DNA from: Cyanobacterium sp. uoEpiScrs1
GTDB taxonomy: Bacteria; Cyanobacteriota; Cyanobacteriia; Cyanobacteriales; Microcystaceae
NCBI RefSeq assembly: GCF_947331815.1
Contig: NZ_OX373462.1
Location: 2,019,040 to 2,051,039, forward strand
DNA: 32,000 bases
Direction: 5' to 3'
In this document: positions 28,197 through 32,000 of the stretch, one piece after another
Position numbering within the stretch: position 1 is the stretch's first letter
Layout: each line of letters begins with the position of its first letter
Notes under the pieces: model-generated
Told to the model about the DNA's origin: nothing
What the model saw: the letters and a program-made list of their open reading frames with translations, nothing else
Databases searched by the model: none
Translations under genes and position numbers: made by a program

Positions 28197-28907
28197 TGTT
28201 GTTCAACTCACACAAATGCTCTCATCATTATTACCATAACAGATATTTTTCTAAACAATACCCATTGACGTGGAGCAACAGTAGTTGATTAGTGTCACTT
28301 AAATGTTGATCAAAAACTATTTTATATAACATAACAGTCTTCTTAACCTCAGATTAGATCAATGTGAATACACCTCAGTTAAGATAAGTTTTCGTAAAAT
28401 TATCTTAATTAGACCTATTTTTTACAGTAGTTTGACTTTGAGTACTTGCCCTAAATATAATTTAATATACATATCTATTAACTATTTAAATCAGCTTCTA
28501 TAAAGTTAATTTAAGCTGAATTTATTGCTCATTTATTATAAATATTCTTTTTTGTTTATTGATTTTGTTTTTTATGAAAAGTATTTAGGAATATTTCTAT
28601 AATTTTTTTATCAACTCTAATGTTTCAATAACATTTGTATATAAACTTATTGAACTAATTATTTTTATAAAATATTGGGTTCATAATCCTTTGAATTTTT
28701 ACTGTTTTAATTTGATATTTATTTAAAGCTACTACTATTTAGTAATATGGCAAATTAGCTATAAAATAAGTTATACTGCAAACAGTTAATATGACTATTC
28801 AGTTAGTATGTCGTAATATGATTCAAAGCTCTAACCCACGATCAGCAATAGGGATAACATTATCAGTGAATTCTGGGACATCTAACCTATCCCCAACTGT
28901 TTTGGGA

Positions 28908-29225
28908 ATGATTGCAGATTTTTTTAAAGTTTTATCCGAAGTTAGTCGGTTACAAATCGTCTGTACTCTTAAAGGAGGAAAAAAAAATGTCTCTGAAATT
29001 ATTGAACTTACAGGCTTAGGACAGGCAAATGTATCTAAACACTTAAAACTTCTCGCTCAGGCAGGAATCGTGACACGAACCCAACAGGGGGTAAATGTAG
29101 TTTATGCAATCGCCAACCCTTTAGTGTTTTCTTTGTGTGACTTAGTTTGTAACTCAATTGTTACTCAATTACAACAAAAAAATCAACATTTAGAGTCTCT
29201 AAAAATATTTCAAAGATCGTTCTAG
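28908..29225 (+). CDS. ArsR/SmtB-family winged-helix transcriptional regulator
   Basis: It has FKVLSEVSRLQIVCTLKGG..NVSEIIELTGLGQANVSKHLKLLAQAGIV (helix-turn-helix plus wing) and a C-terminal LCDLVC cysteine pair. The track ORF starts at 28791. The family-typical N-terminus begins at Met40 (28908); Met10 (28818) is another option. Confidence 0.85.
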   Translation: MIADFFKVLSEVSRLQIVCTLKGGKKNVSEIIELTGLGQANVSKHLKLLAQAGIVTRTQQGVNVVYAIANPLVFSLCDLVCNSIVTQLQQKNQHLESLKIFQRSF

Positions 29226-29561
29226 TTACTGTATTATAAATTTTAGCCAAATCTATGCTGTAAGTTTATATAATTTATTTTAAACAAATATTGTAAAAAT
29301 CAGTTTTTATAATAAAGCTCAGAAAAGTATTTTTAGTTAACAACTGAAACTAGTGTCTTCTAATCTTTTTAATCTCTGCTAAAAAGACTCCTTATAGACT
29401 TCAAAAAATATAAAGTTATAATTGCGTAACTTTGCAAAATAGTATAATTTAGAATTATAAATAAAGAATAAAGTTTTAGATTTTCTATTGACAAATAGAA
29501 ATATCAAGTGATCATTTTTTCTAAATTTATAATTCTAAATTTATCTTGCTTCCACTCTTTT

Positions 29562-30191
29562 TTACTGTTCAAGAGCTAAACGTCCTTGCTTACCAAGTCG
29601 AATTAATAGGAAATAACTAAAATAGAGGACATAAACCGACAATCCTGAAAGTCCTAAGAACCCAATAAATCCTTGAGTAGCATCACCATGAATAATAGAA
29701 CGGTATCCTAGAGGGGCTTCAATCCAAACTTGGCAAAAGGGACTTGAAAGTAATTCTAGGGAAAATGCACAGGATAAGAAAGGAACACTAGCGATAACTC
29801 CTAAACTGCAATAAACTGTCATTGCCCAACGCCAGGAGACAACTATCAATTTCAGAAGACTCGGAGGTAAATCCTTAATTTCATCATTAAGATCTACCCA
29901 AAACCAAAGAGAAATAGGAATAAGAATACGAGCAACTAGGGCAGTAATAAAGCCAATTTGCCCGCAAAGATTTTCAAAAGCAGAATTTTCGACTCCCCAA
30001 GCTGGTACCAGCAAATAAATTGTGATCATTAATAGACTTGCAACCCGCCAGTAAATAATTAAAAGACGGCTAATGGCTTCTGTTTGTCGAAATAGAGACC
30101 AGATAATTAAGATTGTAGGAATGATAACGATGAATAATACCGCTAATCGGTAATCAGTCCAAACTAAAGGCCGAAACCATAGTTCTTCCAT
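29562..30191 (-). CDS. conserved cyanobacterial polytopic membrane protein of unknown function (possibly DUF3177 family)
   Basis: 209 aa with 5-6 hydrophobic helices. The N-terminus MEELWFRPLVWTDYRLAVLF matches my recollection of a cyanobacterial/plant membrane family. The family name is unverified. Confidence 0.5.
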   Translation of the reverse strand: MEELWFRPLVWTDYRLAVLFIVIIPTILIIWSLFRQTEAISRLLIIYWRVASLLMITIYLLVPAWGVENSAFENLCGQIGFITALVARILIPISLWFWVDLNDEIKDLPPSLLKLIVVSWRWAMTVYCSLGVIASVPFLSCAFSLELLSSPFCQVWIEAPLGYRSIIHGDATQGFIGFLGLSGLSVYVLYFSYFLLIRLGKQGRLALEQ

Positions 30192-30341
30192 TTTATTTTA
30201 AGTTCCTCAAAAAATACTCAAACCCTTATTAAAGGGATATTTTCGTTAGTGATACTTTGCATAATACTGTCACTGCCGTCGAGTTATGATACCGATAATG
30301 GACGATAGAATAGTATCTATTCTACTCAATGTCTTGATTTC

Positions 30342-30566
30342 TTAGTTTTCATAAACTCGACATTCAACTGCATCAGGATTATTATCACAATAGGTCTCAA
30401 AAGAGGTTTTAGTGAATTGTCTTTGTCTTTGGTGAGAGGCCTCTGCTTGCAACTCTTCGACAGCATCCCAGGCAGCTGCACACCCTCCCGAGCTATTTCC
30501 CTCAATGTTGCAAACAATTTTAGCATTTTGTCTCTCTTGTTCAATTCTATCTTCAATGTTGCCCAT
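30342..30566 (-). CDS. cp12: CP12 (Calvin-cycle GAPDH/PRK complex regulator)
   Basis: 74 aa with the core AWDAVEELQAEASHQ motif, an N-terminal Cys pair (C19...C29) and a C-terminal Cys pair in YCDNNPDAVECRVYEN. Confidence 0.9.
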   Translation of the reverse strand: MGNIEDRIEQERQNAKIVCNIEGNSSGGCAAAWDAVEELQAEASHQRQRQFTKTSFETYCDNNPDAVECRVYEN

Positions 30567-31758
30567 AATTCCTCTTTAGCTTCCTTAACTTTAACTTTAT
30601 AAGTATTAAGATTCCAGTTTATCTTAATGTATTTGTCTATGTCATGACTTATGTCACAATATGGATAGATATTACACTTATACTAAAATTAATTCAGATT
30701 TTTCTGAAAAACGTGCATCTCAATAGTTGGCAAAAAAATAAACTTGTTTATATGATTGTACTTATACTCTTAAAATTTTTGTTATTTGACTTGAGTAAAA
30801 AAAATTTATTTATTTCCTATTTTTTTTTCTAAAACAAAATAGCATAGAAATATTATCTCTCGATAAATCAATTATATTCTTTTTCTATAGATTGTGTTCT
30901 TCTTAATAAGAAAATTTTCCAAAATAATGAATCAGCTATTAGGGATTTATTTTACAATAGACTCTCGTCAAATTAAATCTAGTCCATTTGGACATTAATT
31001 TGTAGAAATATTAAGTAAAAAAAATTTTGTCTAAGTATTTGGCACACAAGTTGTTGAATCACTCTTGAATGATTACATATAAAAGTATATCAAAAAATAA
31101 GTATTTAAAAACTTAAATAGTAAAATCACTACAACTAACAAGTAGTATAATCATGAATATATCAATATTAAAAATTGTAATTTAAAATAGTAACAATGAA
31201 CATCTGTGATAAAGTTAGCTAGTACTAAAATATAAAAATTTTTAAATAAAAATACAAAATTCAGAAATAAGTTTTTTAAAGTAAGTAAAATCAAATATTG
31301 TTTGTCTTTATACAACAATGTTTAGGTATAGAAAAGAAAATTTAAATATAGAAGAAACATGAACTAAACAAAAAGTATTTTTAATTATCCTTAATGTTTT
31401 AAGGGTCAAGTCTTTTAATACAATAACTGTTTAAATGAATTAATTTTTGTAAGAAAACTTATTTGCTATACAAAAAACTGCAGAATAAATTGGGGCTTAT
31501 ATTAAATAGAACATTTTTTATTTTAACAAAAAAGATAAACTAAATAATAACAATAGTGGTAGTGATTTTAAAAAGAATCTATAGACTCAAAAATATTATT
31601 AATTTTCAAGTTCTAAAGTATCTTGACTTCTCATGATACTAGTCAGCTCTACATCATCTAACCCTATAACATATGAACAATCAACTAAAAAGTATATAAA
31701 TACTAATCTAAAATATATAGACTGCTACTATTGTTTATTTACTTCTTTAGTATTGTAA

Positions 31759-32000
31759 TTACATAGTTTTATTTTTTTTAGCCATTAACCAAGCCAAACC
31801 AAAACATAGGGTAGAATTAACTGCTAGAAAAAATCTAGAAATGTTTACTGATGGCATCCCCCAAACTATAGGACTTATGACAACATGAACTATTAAACAA
31901 GATGCAATTCCTAAAGAAATTCCAATTGTAAATAATCTACCTTGCTCATGGCTAAATAACAAAGATATCAAGGTAAAAGGCACTAAAACACTAGCTAGAA
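31759..32000 (-). CDS. hydrophobic membrane protein, C-terminal part (reading frame stays open to the window edge)
   Basis: The track ORF starts at GTG 31983, but the frame has no stop up to position 32000 and the upstream residues remain hydrophobic. The gene probably begins outside the window. I do not recognise a family. Confidence 0.4.
   Translation of the reverse strand, partial: LASVLVPFTLISLLFSHEQGRLFTIGISLGIASCLIVHVVISPIVWGMPSVNISRFFLAVNSTLCFGLAWLMAKKNKTM

Noticed and set aside
30644-30832. A 62-aa ORF inside the A+T-rich spacer upstream of cp12.
   Set aside because: The peptide is dominated by I, L, K, F and N encoded by A+T-only codons. There is no Shine-Dalgarno-like sequence and I recognise no family. 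This is the expected chance product of A+T-rich DNA.

Overview
This is an A+T-rich cyanobacterial chromosomal segment. The lineage call rests on gene content: ferrochelatase with a C-terminal CAB helix, CP12, two Tic22-like proteins, FtsQ, an S41 C-terminal processing protease, and several proteins of unknown function that I recognise as cyanobacterial/plastid-lineage families. No search was run, so the exact taxon is unknown. I call 26 protein-coding genes. One is a 56-aa ORF absent from the supplied track, and one runs off the right edge. I also call one tRNA-Pro(UGG), two intrinsic-terminator-like hairpins and one statistically unusual perfect inverted repeat. All genes look intact and core or housekeeping: cell division, haem, histidine, quinone, rRNA and release-factor methylation, RecJ, and envelope functions. 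I saw no transposase, integrase, phage gene, CRISPR array, toxin-antitoxin pair or recognisable defence gene. I did not find convincing evidence of a novel multi-gene system. The most unusual property is the architecture. Only about two-thirds of the window is coding by my tally. Four extremely A+T-rich spacers longer than 1 kb carry no credible ORF, while genes elsewhere are packed tightly (an ATGA start/stop overlap, a shared TTAA stop for convergent genes, 16-21 bp gaps inside one operon). Four items are most worth a second look. (1) The compact minus-strand operon at 25868-28196 (small ORF, DUF3326-like, CPBP protease, DUF3531-like) ends in a clean terminator and faces a divergent ArsR-family regulator. 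(2) A perfect 15-bp inverted repeat with an adjacent hairpin lies in the middle of the 1.4-kb spacer at about 23047-23151. (3) A PAP2 phosphatase and a GT39/ArnT-like glycosyltransferase sit side by side. (4) Two divergent Tic22-like genes lie in tandem, the second translationally coupled to prmC.
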